NCBI GenBank assembly: GCA_963772835.1
Contig: CAVYYZ010000011.1
Span: forward strand, 288,001 to 352,000
Source: an uncultured delta proteobacterium
GTDB lineage: Bacteria > Desulfobacterota > Desulfuromonadia > Geobacterales > Pseudopelobacteraceae
DNA: 64,000 nucleotides
Direction of reading: 5' to 3'
Of this stretch, positions 52,138 through 62,435 are shown piece by piece; the stretch's first letter is position 1, and each line of letters opens with the position of its first letter. A program made the position numbers and the translations under genes. Under the pieces are notes generated by a model, which was not told where the DNA came from, searched no databases, and worked only from the letters and a program-made list of their open reading frames with translations.

Positions 52138-52992
52138 ATGAACTTCAAACACTCATATTTCTACTCTATCTTCTGGCCACGCCTCCGCCGCAACCGACTC
52201 GCCCTTTTCGGCGGCGTCGTTGTGCTGGCGCTTTTTTGCATCTCGTTGTTTGCAACTCTGCTCTCTCCATATGATCCCAGTGCCATTAATGCCTGGAAGG
52301 TTCTTTCACCACCTTCATTGCAGCATTGGTTCGGTACTGATGAACTCGGGAGGGATGTGCTCAGCCGGATCTTATTTGGAGCCCGGGTTTCACTCAAGGT
52401 TGGTTTTGTAGCGGTAGGGATCGCAGTTTCAATAGGAACCGTAGTCGGGCTGGTGTCAGGATATTACAGTGGTCTGGTTGATGCCACTCTGATGCGGTTT
52501 GTGGATATCATGCTCTGTTTTCCGGCTTTCTTTCTGATTCTGGCGATCATCACTTTTCTTGAACCATCCATCTGGTATATCATGATGGTCATAGGATTAA
52601 CCGGTTGGATGGGAGTAGCACGGCTTGTCAGGGCTGAAACGCTCTCTATCCGCGAAATGGATTATATCCTGGCTGCCAGGGGTATTGGCTGTTCAAACCT
52701 CCGAATCATATTTCGCCATATCCTGCCCAATGCTATGTCACCGGTACTCGTATCCGCAACACTCGGCATCGCCGGTGCAATACTGACAGAATCTGCACTC
52801 TCCTTTCTCGGCATCGGTGTGCAGCCGCCGACACCAAGCTGGGGCAACATTCTCACATCCGGTAAGGATTATATTGAATTTGCCTGGTGGCTGTCACTAT
52901 TTCCCGGGCTCGCCATTCTGGTAACGGTACTGGCTTACAATCTTCTTGGAGAAGGGATCCGTGATGCGCTTGACCCTCGCGTAAAACGCTGA
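52138..52992 (+). CDS. Peptide ABC transporter permease (OppC/DppC-like)
   Basis: HWFGTDELGRD, ESALSFLGIG, SWGNIL, GEGIRDALDP. Confidence 0.93.
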   Translation: MNFKHSYFYSIFWPRLRRNRLALFGGVVVLALFCISLFATLLSPYDPSAINAWKVLSPPSLQHWFGTDELGRDVLSRILFGARVSLKVGFVAVGIAVSIGTVVGLVSGYYSGLVDATLMRFVDIMLCFPAFFLILAIITFLEPSIWYIMMVIGLTGWMGVARLVRAETLSIREMDYILAARGIGCSNLRIIFRHILPNAMSPVLVSATLGIAGAILTESALSFLGIGVQPPTPSWGNILTSGKDYIEFAWWLSLFPGLAILVTVLAYNLLGEGIRDALDPRVKR

Positions 52993-53001
52993 TTTTCTCT
53001 G

Positions 53002-54453
53002 TCAGCTGGCTACGCTGTCAAGTTGATAGCGGTTGCGCAGGACGGAAATCAAGATATTTACACCTTTGAAGGACTTCCTGAGCCTGTTTTGCTCTTTTTC
53101 GGAAAGGACCAGAGGATCAACGTAGTTCGACGGTTCTTTTCCGTATGCAACCGCCCTGAGCTGTCTTTCCAGGCGCATCTTCATCAGAAATGTAAATGCC
53201 TCTCTGATTGCTTCCAAGTCGTTCGTCGAGATGGTATTCAGATGTTTGAGACGCTCCATCTTGTCCCATGTTGTTCCCCCTACTATACCCGCCTCAAGTG
53301 CTAACAGGCTGATGCCGCGTGTCAAAGCAAAAAGCCCGCCTTTTTTCAAGTCCAACCTGCCGCTGTGCGCACCTTTTTTTTCGACCAGAAATCGTCCGAA
53401 CATGCCGAGAGGCGCCTTGAATCCGACTATAGTGCGTGCCATGTTAGGAAAAATTATTGTGTTATTGCGAGCGCATTCGCAGAGATGTGTCTGCAACTCT
53501 TCTTCAAAAACTATATCTCCATGCAGTACACGCAGGTCCTGAAATACTCCAAAAAAAACAGTATGTTCGGGGCTTGGCATCGTTATCCAGCGCTCTGTCA
53601 ATTGTTTCCACTCCGACAGGGTGTGACACCACTCCGGATTGCTGGCCATCATGTTGCCTGGGCAGAGCGGAACACCGAGACTCTCCAGAGCGAGAGCAAT
53701 TCGTTCAGCAAAACGACGTACTTCCACCAGTTTATCTGCTGCCAGATCATCCCTGTATACGATAGCGCTGTCCTGATCGGTCCGCAGTGTCTGTTCTTCA
53801 CGGCCTTCGCTTCCAAGTACAAGATAGGCGGCACCTGCCGGTAACCTGATGTCCTCACGGCAATCCATAATAAAAACCAAACGACGGGTCATGGCGTCAT
53901 TAAAGTGAGCGATCAGTTGGATCAGGCTTTGAACGTCCGCATTAGTTTTAATTGCATACTGAAGCATGCCGGTCAATTTTTCCCCAAGAATCGTCAACTG
54001 CTCGATAGTAGTGGCGGATTCAATTTCCTGGATCAAATAGAGAGGGCTGCGGGTTTGAATGCGGAACAGGTCGGTATCGGTCATCACTCCGACCAGTTGG
54101 TCTCGCTCATTGAGTACTACAAGACGGTGAATGTTGTGCCTGGCCATCAGAAAAATTGCCTTAAAGAGATAGTCATTGTTGCGGATGGTTATCAAGCCGA
54201 CATTCATGATGTCGCGGACAGTCAATGCGGAAAAGTCTTCGGCACCTCCGGCGATCAGGTTGCGCAGATCACGCAGGGAAACAATCCCGACCGGTTTCTC
54301 CCCGTCAACAACAACGATTCCGGAGATATTATCCTTCTGCATGATACCTGCCATTTCAACCAATCCCAAATCGGGTGGACAGGTTACCGCAGGACGATGA
54401 CAGATGGCGTCGACTGTAATGAAGAAAAAACTGTCCTCGCTGATTCCAGGCAT
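53002..54453 (-). CDS. CBS-pair + DUF294 nucleotidyltransferase-like signalling protein
   Basis: Two CBS domains, LGSEGREEQTLRTDQD, CPGNMMASNP, LDLKKGG. Confidence 0.9.
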   Translation of the reverse strand: MPGISEDSFFFITVDAICHRPAVTCPPDLGLVEMAGIMQKDNISGIVVVDGEKPVGIVSLRDLRNLIAGGAEDFSALTVRDIMNVGLITIRNNDYLFKAIFLMARHNIHRLVVLNERDQLVGVMTDTDLFRIQTRSPLYLIQEIESATTIEQLTILGEKLTGMLQYAIKTNADVQSLIQLIAHFNDAMTRRLVFIMDCREDIRLPAGAAYLVLGSEGREEQTLRTDQDSAIVYRDDLAADKLVEVRRFAERIALALESLGVPLCPGNMMASNPEWCHTLSEWKQLTERWITMPSPEHTVFFGVFQDLRVLHGDIVFEEELQTHLCECARNNTIIFPNMARTIVGFKAPLGMFGRFLVEKKGAHSGRLDLKKGGLFALTRGISLLALEAGIVGGTTWDKMERLKHLNTISTNDLEAIREAFTFLMKMRLERQLRAVAYGKEPSNYVDPLVLSEKEQNRLRKSFKGVNILISVLRNRYQLDSVAS

Positions 54454-55357
54454 GAATCCCTCTTAGATAGTGATGTGTTACACCGGCAACACAAAAAAAA
54501 TGATGTATGGATTATATTTAATTACTTTTATGTTCCCGATTTGAATCGTATGAATATAACCACGCGTGAAATAAATAAAAATAAAAATTAATTTGATTTG
54601 TAGAAATATCATCCTGGGCGAGCCATCGTCAAAGTATTTTTTTTAGGGTTGCTGAGAGAAACAGAAGTATCTCAGTGAAGTCAATAACCGTACTTACAAT
54701 ATCGATAAAATATGAATATGAGCTGCCGGGTTATGCCTTCATTTCAAAATTTTATATTCACGGGGCTATTCTATCTTATAACTGCTATTACAGCGATATT
54801 TCATGTTTTGGTCCTCTCAGTTCAGCAGCAGCTGTTTTTTTGAGAGGCCGGATTCATACCGCTGCTGAAGAATCCGGACACCCAGACCTCGGATAAGTGC
54901 GGTACTTTCGGCAATATCCGGCAGGTATAAAAGAGTGGATGGCGATTATCAGCACTGCGAAAAGATGCAGTTAATGATTGAATGTGAAAATGGTTCAAAA
55001 AAATTCAGGATGTGCCGGTAATAACTGAATGCCGGAAAAGAGCTGTTGAATCCATTCCCGCACACATTGACATACCAATATATTTGGCATACATATTCCG
55101 AGGATTTTAAATATATTTTTAAAAAATTGCAGAATATCTGAATGGGGAACCTCTTTCAAGTTTAAAGACATTGTGATAAGAGGGACAAACGTAACGAGTC
55201 TTATTCTCCGTAATAACGGAGGTAATTTTGACCGAGTCGACCGGAACTATGTTGTAATTTTGGTTGATGCACAGTAGGGTAGTAACAATAAATTACGGCA
55301 GGAAACGCCGTGCCGGCAAAGGTAATGATGAAACCGCCTGGAGAAAAAACCGCTGTG

Positions 55358-56290
55358 ATGAATTCAACAGTATCAGATGGTGACTGTGCGAACCCGGGAC
55401 TATATGAACAATTGAAACGTGTTCTTGACTCCATTGAAGATCTTTTGCCCCGCCGGATAGGAAAGATTGACTGGAAGGTGTGCCATGCAGCTAATTGGCG
55501 ACGGAACTCATTTGCCGGCTATCTTGATCCGGTGCCTGAAATAGAGGGGATCCACCTTGATGACCTGCTCGGGATTGAAAAGCAGAAGCAGATTCTAATT
55601 CAGAATACCTCCCAATTTCTCCATAGATTCCCCGCCAATAATGTTCTGCTGTGGGGTACACGAGGCACAGGCAAATCATCTCTTGTCCGCGCACTCCTTA
55701 ATTATTATGCGCCGGAAGGCCTCAGAATTATCCAGGTAGACAAGGACGATTTCGTGCATTTACCTGCTATTGTTGATTCAATTAAGAAAGAACCGTTTCG
55801 ATTTATAATATTCTCGGATGACGTCTCGTTTGAGGTAGGCGAAGTAGGTTACAAGATGTTAAAAAGTGCTCTTGACGGTTCCGTATATGCACCACCGGAA
55901 AACACCAGAATTTATGTCACATCCAATCGTCGCCATTTGTTGCCAGAGTATGAGACCGACAATAGAGGCGCAATGCTTGTCAATAATGAAATTCATCACG
56001 GGGAAGGGGCGGAAGAAAAGATATCCCTTTCCGGGAGGTTCGGGCTTTGGATCGGCTTCCATCCGTTTTCTCAGGATCAATACGTAGAAGTTGCCAAGCA
56101 GTGGGTTGCAAAACTTTCTAATCTCTCTAATATTGTAACGGTATGGAACCAAAAAGCTGAAAAAGCGGCAATTGAATGGGCATACAGTAAGGGTGATAAC
56201 AGTGGCCGCATAGCGTATCAATTTGCTACCGACTGGGTCGGTATAGCATTGCTTAATAATCTTTCGAATTCAAACAATAAAGCGGATTGA
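55358..56290 (+). CDS. DUF815 family AAA+ ATPase
   Basis: PANNVLLWGTRGTGKSSL, TSNRRHLLPE, EEKISLS.RFGLW; start uncertain. Confidence 0.9.
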   Translation: MNSTVSDGDCANPGLYEQLKRVLDSIEDLLPRRIGKIDWKVCHAANWRRNSFAGYLDPVPEIEGIHLDDLLGIEKQKQILIQNTSQFLHRFPANNVLLWGTRGTGKSSLVRALLNYYAPEGLRIIQVDKDDFVHLPAIVDSIKKEPFRFIIFSDDVSFEVGEVGYKMLKSALDGSVYAPPENTRIYVTSNRRHLLPEYETDNRGAMLVNNEIHHGEGAEEKISLSGRFGLWIGFHPFSQDQYVEVAKQWVAKLSNLSNIVTVWNQKAEKAAIEWAYSKGDNSGRIAYQFATDWVGIALLNNLSNSNNKAD

Positions 56291-56448
56291 AAAGTATGTT
56301 ATGCCGCGACAAAAAGTGCGATTTTCCATTTATTTGATACACTCTCAAAAAATAATGTTACTGCATGATCATGAATAACCGCAGGTAGATGACGAAATAA
56401 AGGGTGTTCTGAATAAAATCTGCTTGAGCAACCAGCATTCATTTCTTA

Positions 56449-56482
56449 CTCAAAGGGCCTGTCAATTGACAGGCCCTTTGAG
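56449..56482. terminator. 34-bp perfect palindrome, probable bidirectional terminator
   Basis: CTCAAAGGGCCTGTCAATTGACAGGCCCTTTGAG between convergent DUF815 and dctM genes. Confidence 0.8.
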
Positions 56483-56502
56483 GTACATGCATGATATCAC
56501 TG

Positions 56503-57882
56503 TCAGTATCCCATCAAACGCGGCAGCCAAAGTGATATGATCGGCACATAGGTAATAAGCAACATGAAGCCGATCATGGCAAGCAGCCACGGAAGTACCG
56601 CCACTGTAAGTTCCGATATACCCATTTTGGTGATACCGCTGGCCACATACAGATTAAGCCCGACCGGTGGGTGACACATACCAACCTCCATGTTAACCGT
56701 CATAAGTATGCCGAAGTGAATCGGGTCGATCCCCAGTTTCATGGCAACCGGAAACAGGATCGGTGCCAGAATCAGGATGATGGAAGAAGGCTCCATGACG
56801 TTGCCTGCAAGAAGAAGCAGTATGTTGGTGACGGCAAGGAAGGCGACTACCCCGAGATTGTGATTAATGATCCAGTCAGCCATGATCTGGGGGATCTGCT
56901 CAGATGTCATCAGGTAGGAGAACAGCACTGCATTGGTAATTATGTACAGCAGCATGGCCGACATGTTGGCAGAATCCCGCAATACCTTGGGGATATTTTT
57001 GAGCGGCATGTCCTTGTACACAAACACGGCAACAATGAAAGCATAGACCGCACTCATGGCGGCAGCTTCAGTAGGGGTAAACATGCCGCTGTAGATACCG
57101 CCCAGCACGATGACAATCAGGAGCAGTCCCCAGGCGCTCTCTTTAAAGGCAAATAAACGCTCTTTGAATGTTGCTTTCGGCAAACGTGGATAGTTGTTCT
57201 TGCGGGCGCGATACCAGGTAACTGAGCCAAGCAGTAATGCTAACATCAACCCGGGAATTACTCCTGCCATAAAGAGTGCACCTACCGATGAGTTGGTGGC
57301 AACGGCATAGATAACCATAACAATAGAAGGGGGAATCAAAATTCCCAGCGAACCGGAGGTTGTGATAACGCCGGCGCCGAATTTCCGCGGGAATCCTGCC
57401 TTGACCATGGCCGGAAGCAGGATGGAGCCTATCGCCACAACGGTTGCCGGACTGGAACCGGAAACGGCGGCAAACAGTGCGCAGGCAACGACACCTGCCA
57501 GGCCGAGACCACCGTACCAGTGCCCGATCATGGACGTTGCAAAGTTGATCATTCGCTTGGCCACACCACCGTGGGTCAGGAAGTTACCGGCCAGAATAAA
57601 GAACGGAATCGCCATGATCTCGAACTTCTCAATTCCGGTAAAGAGTTTCATGGCAACTGTTTCCACCGGTACGTTCGACATGAAAAAGAGGAAGCTTAGA
57701 ACCGTCAGGCCGAGTGAAATCGAGATTGGCATACCAGTGAGCATCAGGCCGATCAGCAGGGCAAAGATAATACCGGCACTGCCAAAAGAGGCTATTGCAG
57801 CCATTGATATAACTATAGCGCCAATACAGATAGCAGCTTTTTTGGGGGTCATACGCTCTTGAGTTTCAGCATGTGCGCTCAT
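56503..57882 (-). CDS. dctM: TRAP transporter large permease
   Basis: AIPFFILAG, SGSSPAT, LIPPSI, FTPTEAA, HPPVGLNL. Confidence 0.93.
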   Translation of the reverse strand: MSAHAETQERMTPKKAAICIGAIVISMAAIASFGSAGIIFALLIGLMLTGMPISISLGLTVLSFLFFMSNVPVETVAMKLFTGIEKFEIMAIPFFILAGNFLTHGGVAKRMINFATSMIGHWYGGLGLAGVVACALFAAVSGSSPATVVAIGSILLPAMVKAGFPRKFGAGVITTSGSLGILIPPSIVMVIYAVATNSSVGALFMAGVIPGLMLALLLGSVTWYRARKNNYPRLPKATFKERLFAFKESAWGLLLIVIVLGGIYSGMFTPTEAAAMSAVYAFIVAVFVYKDMPLKNIPKVLRDSANMSAMLLYIITNAVLFSYLMTSEQIPQIMADWIINHNLGVVAFLAVTNILLLLAGNVMEPSSIILILAPILFPVAMKLGIDPIHFGILMTVNMEVGMCHPPVGLNLYVASGITKMGISELTVAVLPWLLAMIGFMLLITYVPIISLWLPRLMGY

Positions 57883-58550
57883 TTGGCACCCCCTGCATGT
57901 TTAGTATCATCAAGTCTGTGCTCTTCATACTCCTCCAGCATTTCAGTTGCATTGACGGTCTCTTCATCCAAGCCATCCACATGGGAATGGTCATGCTTGG
58001 GCAGTTCACCGGTGCGGGCAAAACTCCAGGCGACCTGTAAAAAGCGGAAACACATCAAGGACGATCCAAGCGGAATTGCGAGGTAGACAATCCATGTCGG
58101 CCACTCCAGGTCCGGGGTGATTGGCCCCTCATACAGGTCACCCATTTCCATGCCAAAAAGATTAAACATGTAGTAATGCATGCCGTTTTCCCAGACAAAA
58201 CGCGTCCCCAGCACAGCTATGATGCAGGTAAAGAGCGCGCCGCTGCCAAGACCGATCAGCACCGATGTTTTGCACCATTTTTCCGGCAGCCGGTTGATCA
58301 GAACATCGACCCCCACGTGAATGCCGGTACGCACTCCGTAGGCCGCTCCGAACTTGGCCATCCAGACAAACATGTAGATGCAGAGTTCCTGGGCCCACGC
58401 CATATTGAAGCCGAGAAGCCAGTCCTGCAGTGCGGGAATGGGGATTCCCATGAGGTAACGGCGGGTGACGGCAACGGCAATAATGATCGTTGCCGCACCG
58501 ATGAGGAAGGTGATTATAAGTTCCTCAAGCTGGTCGAGATATTTCATCAT
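57879..58550 (-). CDS. dctQ: TRAP transporter small permease
   Basis: WAQELCIY..W..KFGAAYGVRTGIHVGVD; between dctP and dctM. Confidence 0.92.
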   Translation of the reverse strand: MMKYLDQLEELIITFLIGAATIIIAVAVTRRYLMGIPIPALQDWLLGFNMAWAQELCIYMFVWMAKFGAAYGVRTGIHVGVDVLINRLPEKWCKTSVLIGLGSGALFTCIIAVLGTRFVWENGMHYYMFNLFGMEMGDLYEGPITPDLEWPTWIVYLAIPLGSSLMCFRFLQVAWSFARTGELPKHDHSHVDGLDEETVNATEMLEEYEEHRLDDTKHAGGAK

Positions 58551-58576
58551 GGGGGAATCTCCTGAAAAAGGTCGTT

Positions 58577-58608
58577 AAAAAGCCGCTACGGTTTTCCGTA
58601 GCGGCTTT
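58577..58608 (-). terminator. Intercistronic stem-loop between dctP and dctQ
   Basis: AAAGCCGCTACGG-TTTT-CCGTAGCGGCTTT with a T-run on the minus strand. Confidence 0.75.
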
Positions 58609-58629
58609 ACGCTCACAAGTTAGTCTGAT

Positions 58630-59640
58630 TTATGGCTTGTAGCCGGTTACCTTGTAGACTTCATTGACAACGTCAGCACCGATCCGGCTCATGTTTTCCT
58701 TATGTGTCTTGTCCATGGCTTTTTTCCAGGCTTCCTTCTGCTGTGGAGTAAGAGTAATGATCTGCGAACGGCCGGATTTCTTCACGGCTGCCAATGCTTC
58801 TTCATTATCTTTTTGGGCGACGTCATTGGCGAACTTGGTGGCATCCTTCATACAGCCGTCAAGAATAGTGCGGATATCGGCCGGCAGTCCCATCCAGAAC
58901 TTTTTGTTGACTAGAACTGCATAGCCCAGGTAGCCGTGATTGGAGAGGGTGACGTACTTCTGCACTTCATGCATCTTTTGTGTATAAAGATTTGAAGGCG
59001 GGTTTTCGGTACCGTCGACAACACCGGTCTGCAGCGCCTGATACACTTCAGAAAAGGCCATTACTTGCGGCATAGCCCCAACGGAGCGCATTTCGGAATC
59101 AAGGACCTTGGATGACTGGATGCGCATCTTAAGACCTCTGAAATCGCCCGGCTCCCTAAGTGGCTTGTTGGCGCTCATGACCTTGAAACCGTTATCCCAA
59201 TAGGCTAAACCCATCAGTCCCTTTGACTCGAGCTTGTGGAGTAGTTTTGCTCCCAGTGGACCTTGAGTTACCTTGTGCAGTTCTGCATAGCTGTCAAAGA
59301 TGAACGGCAGGTCAAAAACTTCGAAGTCCTTGATTCCCAGAGGGCCGAACTTGGCAAGTGATGGAGCCAGCATCTGAACAGAACCCATTTGCAGTGCCTC
59401 CATCTCTTCCTTGTCCTTGAAGAGCTGGCTGTTTGGATAAACCTCTACCTTTACGCGTCCCTTGGTGCGCTCTTCTGCGATTTTCTTGAAATAATCAGCT
59501 GCCTGTCCTTTTGGTGTGTGTTGGGCTACAACGTGACTGAATTTGATTAAAATCGGTTCCGGAGCGGCCAAAGCGGTCAGCGGCAATGCAAGAATTGCTG
59601 CTGCGATCGACATGTTTTTAATGACGTGATTCATTTTCAT
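58630..59640 (-). CDS. dctP: TRAP C4-dicarboxylate-type substrate-binding protein
   Basis: Signal peptide, IKFSHVVA..TPKG, WDNGFK, GLKMRIQSS, GVVDGTEN. Confidence 0.93.
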   Translation of the reverse strand: MKMNHVIKNMSIAAAILALPLTALAAPEPILIKFSHVVAQHTPKGQAADYFKKIAEERTKGRVKVEVYPNSQLFKDKEEMEALQMGSVQMLAPSLAKFGPLGIKDFEVFDLPFIFDSYAELHKVTQGPLGAKLLHKLESKGLMGLAYWDNGFKVMSANKPLREPGDFRGLKMRIQSSKVLDSEMRSVGAMPQVMAFSEVYQALQTGVVDGTENPPSNLYTQKMHEVQKYVTLSNHGYLGYAVLVNKKFWMGLPADIRTILDGCMKDATKFANDVAQKDNEEALAAVKKSGRSQIITLTPQQKEAWKKAMDKTHKENMSRIGADVVNEVYKVTGYKP

Positions 59641-59716
59641 GCGGTATTCCTCCTGATGGGATATTTTGTTACACTTGGCCTGGAAACGTAGACAGGCAAG
59701 TGAACTATCGTTTTAA

Positions 59717-59732
59717 TGCAATGAAGGTGCCA
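59717..59732 (-). promoter_or_regulatory. Sigma54 (-24/-12) promoter of dctPQM
   Basis: TGGCAC-CTTCA-TTGCA on the minus strand, 76 nt upstream of the dctP start. Confidence 0.8.
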
Positions 59733-60140
59733 AAAGTTTCTAATCCCATAACAAACTGATATGTCGTTCTATTTTAAAATATACGGTAAATAATGTGTGT
59801 TAAAAATGTGGCTAGTGGCTAAAACCGGCCAGTAGTGATGGCGGTAATTAGCCATTTTGATGAATGTATGTATGGTCCTTTTGAGAATGTACGGGGCAAT
59901 ATGGTTAGTTTCTAGTAACCGGACTGAAAAATTATGGGGGTAATTCAGTTTCAAATATATATTATTCTAAATTGGTGCCGTACCGTAAAACTGCGGATTT
60001 TTACCCGAATAATAAGATATTGTTATATATTTACAAATGAAGTGCCAAGAGGTGCAGTTCGAATAACAACCGATATATTGTTCTATTTAACTGTAATGGA
60101 GAAAAGCTGATAAGGGAAATTCAATCAATTAAAAAAATGA

Positions 60141-60968
60141 TCAGGGAGTGAAAAAACGGTGCCGCATCTCTTCAAGTCCCAGTAAAGCAAGGAGATCATT
60201 AAGGCGTTCCGATGAACGACGCCGCGGCAAATCTTTGTAGCTGGCGATAATCAGCTCATTCTTCATCGAATGCTCCCAACCTACTAACTCGGTTACGTTA
60301 ACCTGATAGCCGTGTGCCTCCAACTGCAGACAACGAAGAGTATTAGTGACCATACTCCCGAATTCGCGGGTATGCAGAGGGTGTCGCCATAATTCGGTAA
60401 GGCCGCTCGAAGACAGTGCGGTGGCTTTGTTTTTACGAAGAACGACAGCAACTTCCGCCTGACAGCAAGGAACCAGTACGATAAAACGAGCTTTTTTTTT
60501 GATTGCAAAAAGGATAGCATCGTCGGTGGCGGTATTGCAGGCGTGGAGTGCGGTAACGATATCCACCGTAGAGGGGAGTGCCTCAGAATAAATTGAATCG
60601 GCAACAGACAGGTTTAGAAAGGACATGCAGGGGAATTGAAACCGTTTAGCAAGTGCCCGCGATTTTTCAACCAGTTCATCACGAGTTTCAATGCCGAAGA
60701 TATGGGAACAATCCTCACGGTATTTAAAAAACAGGTCGTACAGAATAAATCCTAGGTACGATTTCCCGGCTCCATGATCAACCAGTGATAGGCCTGCTTG
60801 ATCCTGGAGCACTTCTTTTAATAGCGGTTCTATGAACTGATACAGATGGTTGACCTGTTTGAGTTTGCGTTTGCTGTCTTGATTAAGTTTTCCGTCCCGG
60901 GTGAGGATGTGCAGTTCTTTCAGCAGTTCAATCGACTGTCCCGGTTTAATTGCGTGTTTATCTGTCAT
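60141..60968 (-). CDS. Class I SAM-dependent methyltransferase
   Basis: VDHGAGKSYLGF, ALHACNTATDDA, VPCCQ. Confidence 0.85.
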   Translation of the reverse strand: MTDKHAIKPGQSIELLKELHILTRDGKLNQDSKRKLKQVNHLYQFIEPLLKEVLQDQAGLSLVDHGAGKSYLGFILYDLFFKYREDCSHIFGIETRDELVEKSRALAKRFQFPCMSFLNLSVADSIYSEALPSTVDIVTALHACNTATDDAILFAIKKKARFIVLVPCCQAEVAVVLRKNKATALSSSGLTELWRHPLHTREFGSMVTNTLRCLQLEAHGYQVNVTELVGWEHSMKNELIIASYKDLPRRRSSERLNDLLALLGLEEMRHRFFTP

Positions 60969-61030
60969 TTATTAGTGCTCTCTCTGATATGCGGACGTGC
61001 CACCGCTTCAGATGGGTAAAGAGAAGTGAA

Positions 61031-62413
61031 TTACAGCTCGTATTTATCCATTTTATATCTGAGCGTCCCGCGAGGAATTTTAAGAATTGCTGCCGTCTGA
61101 AGTACATTGCCTCGATTTATTTCTAATGCCTGTCGGATGATGTTTTTTTCAAAATTCATTACGGTCTCATCCAATCCGGAATCTGCCGGTAGTAGTGCTG
61201 ATTGAAAGGCCTGACCGGTGGTCAATGAACCGGCGGACGGCGTGATCCCGCGTATTTCAAGGGGCAGATGTTCCGGCAGAAGTGCCGGTCCATAATTCAT
61301 AATACAGATGCGCTCGATGACATTTCTCAATTCGCGAATGTTGCCCGGCCAGCCATATTGCCCCATCAATAAAGCAGCTTCAGGTGAGAGCGCTTTAAAA
61401 TCGCGACCGAAAGAGCGACTGAAGGTATCAAGAAAAAAGGATGCTATGAGACTGATGTCTTCTTTGCGATCCCTCAGCGGCGGAATATGAATCGGGAACA
61501 CATTAATGCGGTAATAGAGATCCTCACGAAAAGAGCCGCTCGATATATTGTCAATCAGGTTACGATTTGTAGCCGCAATAATTCGAACATCAATATGTAT
61601 ATCCTTGATACCGCCGACACGACGGATTGTTCGCTCCTGCAGTACCCGAAGAAGTTTAGCCTGCATTGACAAATCCATCTCACCGATTTCATCAAGAAAA
61701 ACTGTACCGTGGTGTGCCTCCTCAAACAGACCTGTTTTCCGGGCGTTAGCGCTCGTAAAGGAGCCTTTTTCGTGTCCGAAGAGTTCGCTCTCCAATAGAG
61801 AAGCAGGTATTGAGGCACAATTGATTGCTACAAAAGCGGCGTCGTGGCGGTCGGAAAGGTCATGGATGGCCCGCGCAATCAATTCCTTTCCAGTGCCTGA
61901 TTCACCGGTGATAAGAGCTGTTGACGGAATGCGTGCGATTTCACGGACCTGATCTATAACCTCACGAAATGGTTTGCTCCTGCCTATCATCGGTGAACGT
62001 CCCGGCAGGCAACTGTCGGCACGTTTCAGGTTGCGTACTTCACGTTTCAGTGTCTGTGTCTGAAGCGCTAGCTTTACAATCACTCTCAGGGCATCGGCTT
62101 TAAACGGCTTTTTCATATAGTGAAACGCCCCCATCTTAAGGGCATCTACTGCACTTTCAACCGATCCAAATCCGGTAATTATTATAACCAGCAACTCGGG
62201 ATCGAGTTCTTTCAGTATTTTCAGGACATCTATGCCATTTTCAGAACCAAGGTTCAGATCAAGAAGAGCAAGATCTACATCTCCGGAAGCGACCTGTTCA
62301 CTCGCTTCCACGGTATTGGAAGCCTGACATACCTGATACCCATCATCCGATAAAATTCTCGAGACTGTTTCCCGGATGAATGCTTCGTCATCAATAATAA
62401 GTATTTTTTCCAT
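61031..62413 (-). CDS. Sigma54-type response regulator (REC-AAA-HTH)
   Basis: Receiver; GESGTGKE, ESELFGHEKGSFTSA, FLDEIGE, FREDLYYR, WPGNIREL; HTH. Confidence 0.93.
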   Translation of the reverse strand: MEKILIIDDEAFIRETVSRILSDDGYQVCQASNTVEASEQVASGDVDLALLDLNLGSENGIDVLKILKELDPELLVIIITGFGSVESAVDALKMGAFHYMKKPFKADALRVIVKLALQTQTLKREVRNLKRADSCLPGRSPMIGRSKPFREVIDQVREIARIPSTALITGESGTGKELIARAIHDLSDRHDAAFVAINCASIPASLLESELFGHEKGSFTSANARKTGLFEEAHHGTVFLDEIGEMDLSMQAKLLRVLQERTIRRVGGIKDIHIDVRIIAATNRNLIDNISSGSFREDLYYRINVFPIHIPPLRDRKEDISLIASFFLDTFSRSFGRDFKALSPEAALLMGQYGWPGNIRELRNVIERICIMNYGPALLPEHLPLEIRGITPSAGSLTTGQAFQSALLPADSGLDETVMNFEKNIIRQALEINRGNVLQTAAILKIPRGTLRYKMDKYEL

Positions 62414-62435
62414 AGTTCCGGTGTGTATACCTTAG

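Noticed and set aside
49511..52992. Peptide ABC transporter as exporter or importer for the RiPP
   Set aside because: It is 10 kb away beyond housekeeping genes and is an ordinary Opp/Dpp-type importer; its ATPase genes are presumably elsewhere.
54810..54920. Assignment of the structured element to the lysine, glycine, SAM-I, cobalamin or c-di-AMP riboswitch families
   Set aside because: I could not locate their conserved sequence motifs in the right order on either strand, so it is left unassigned.
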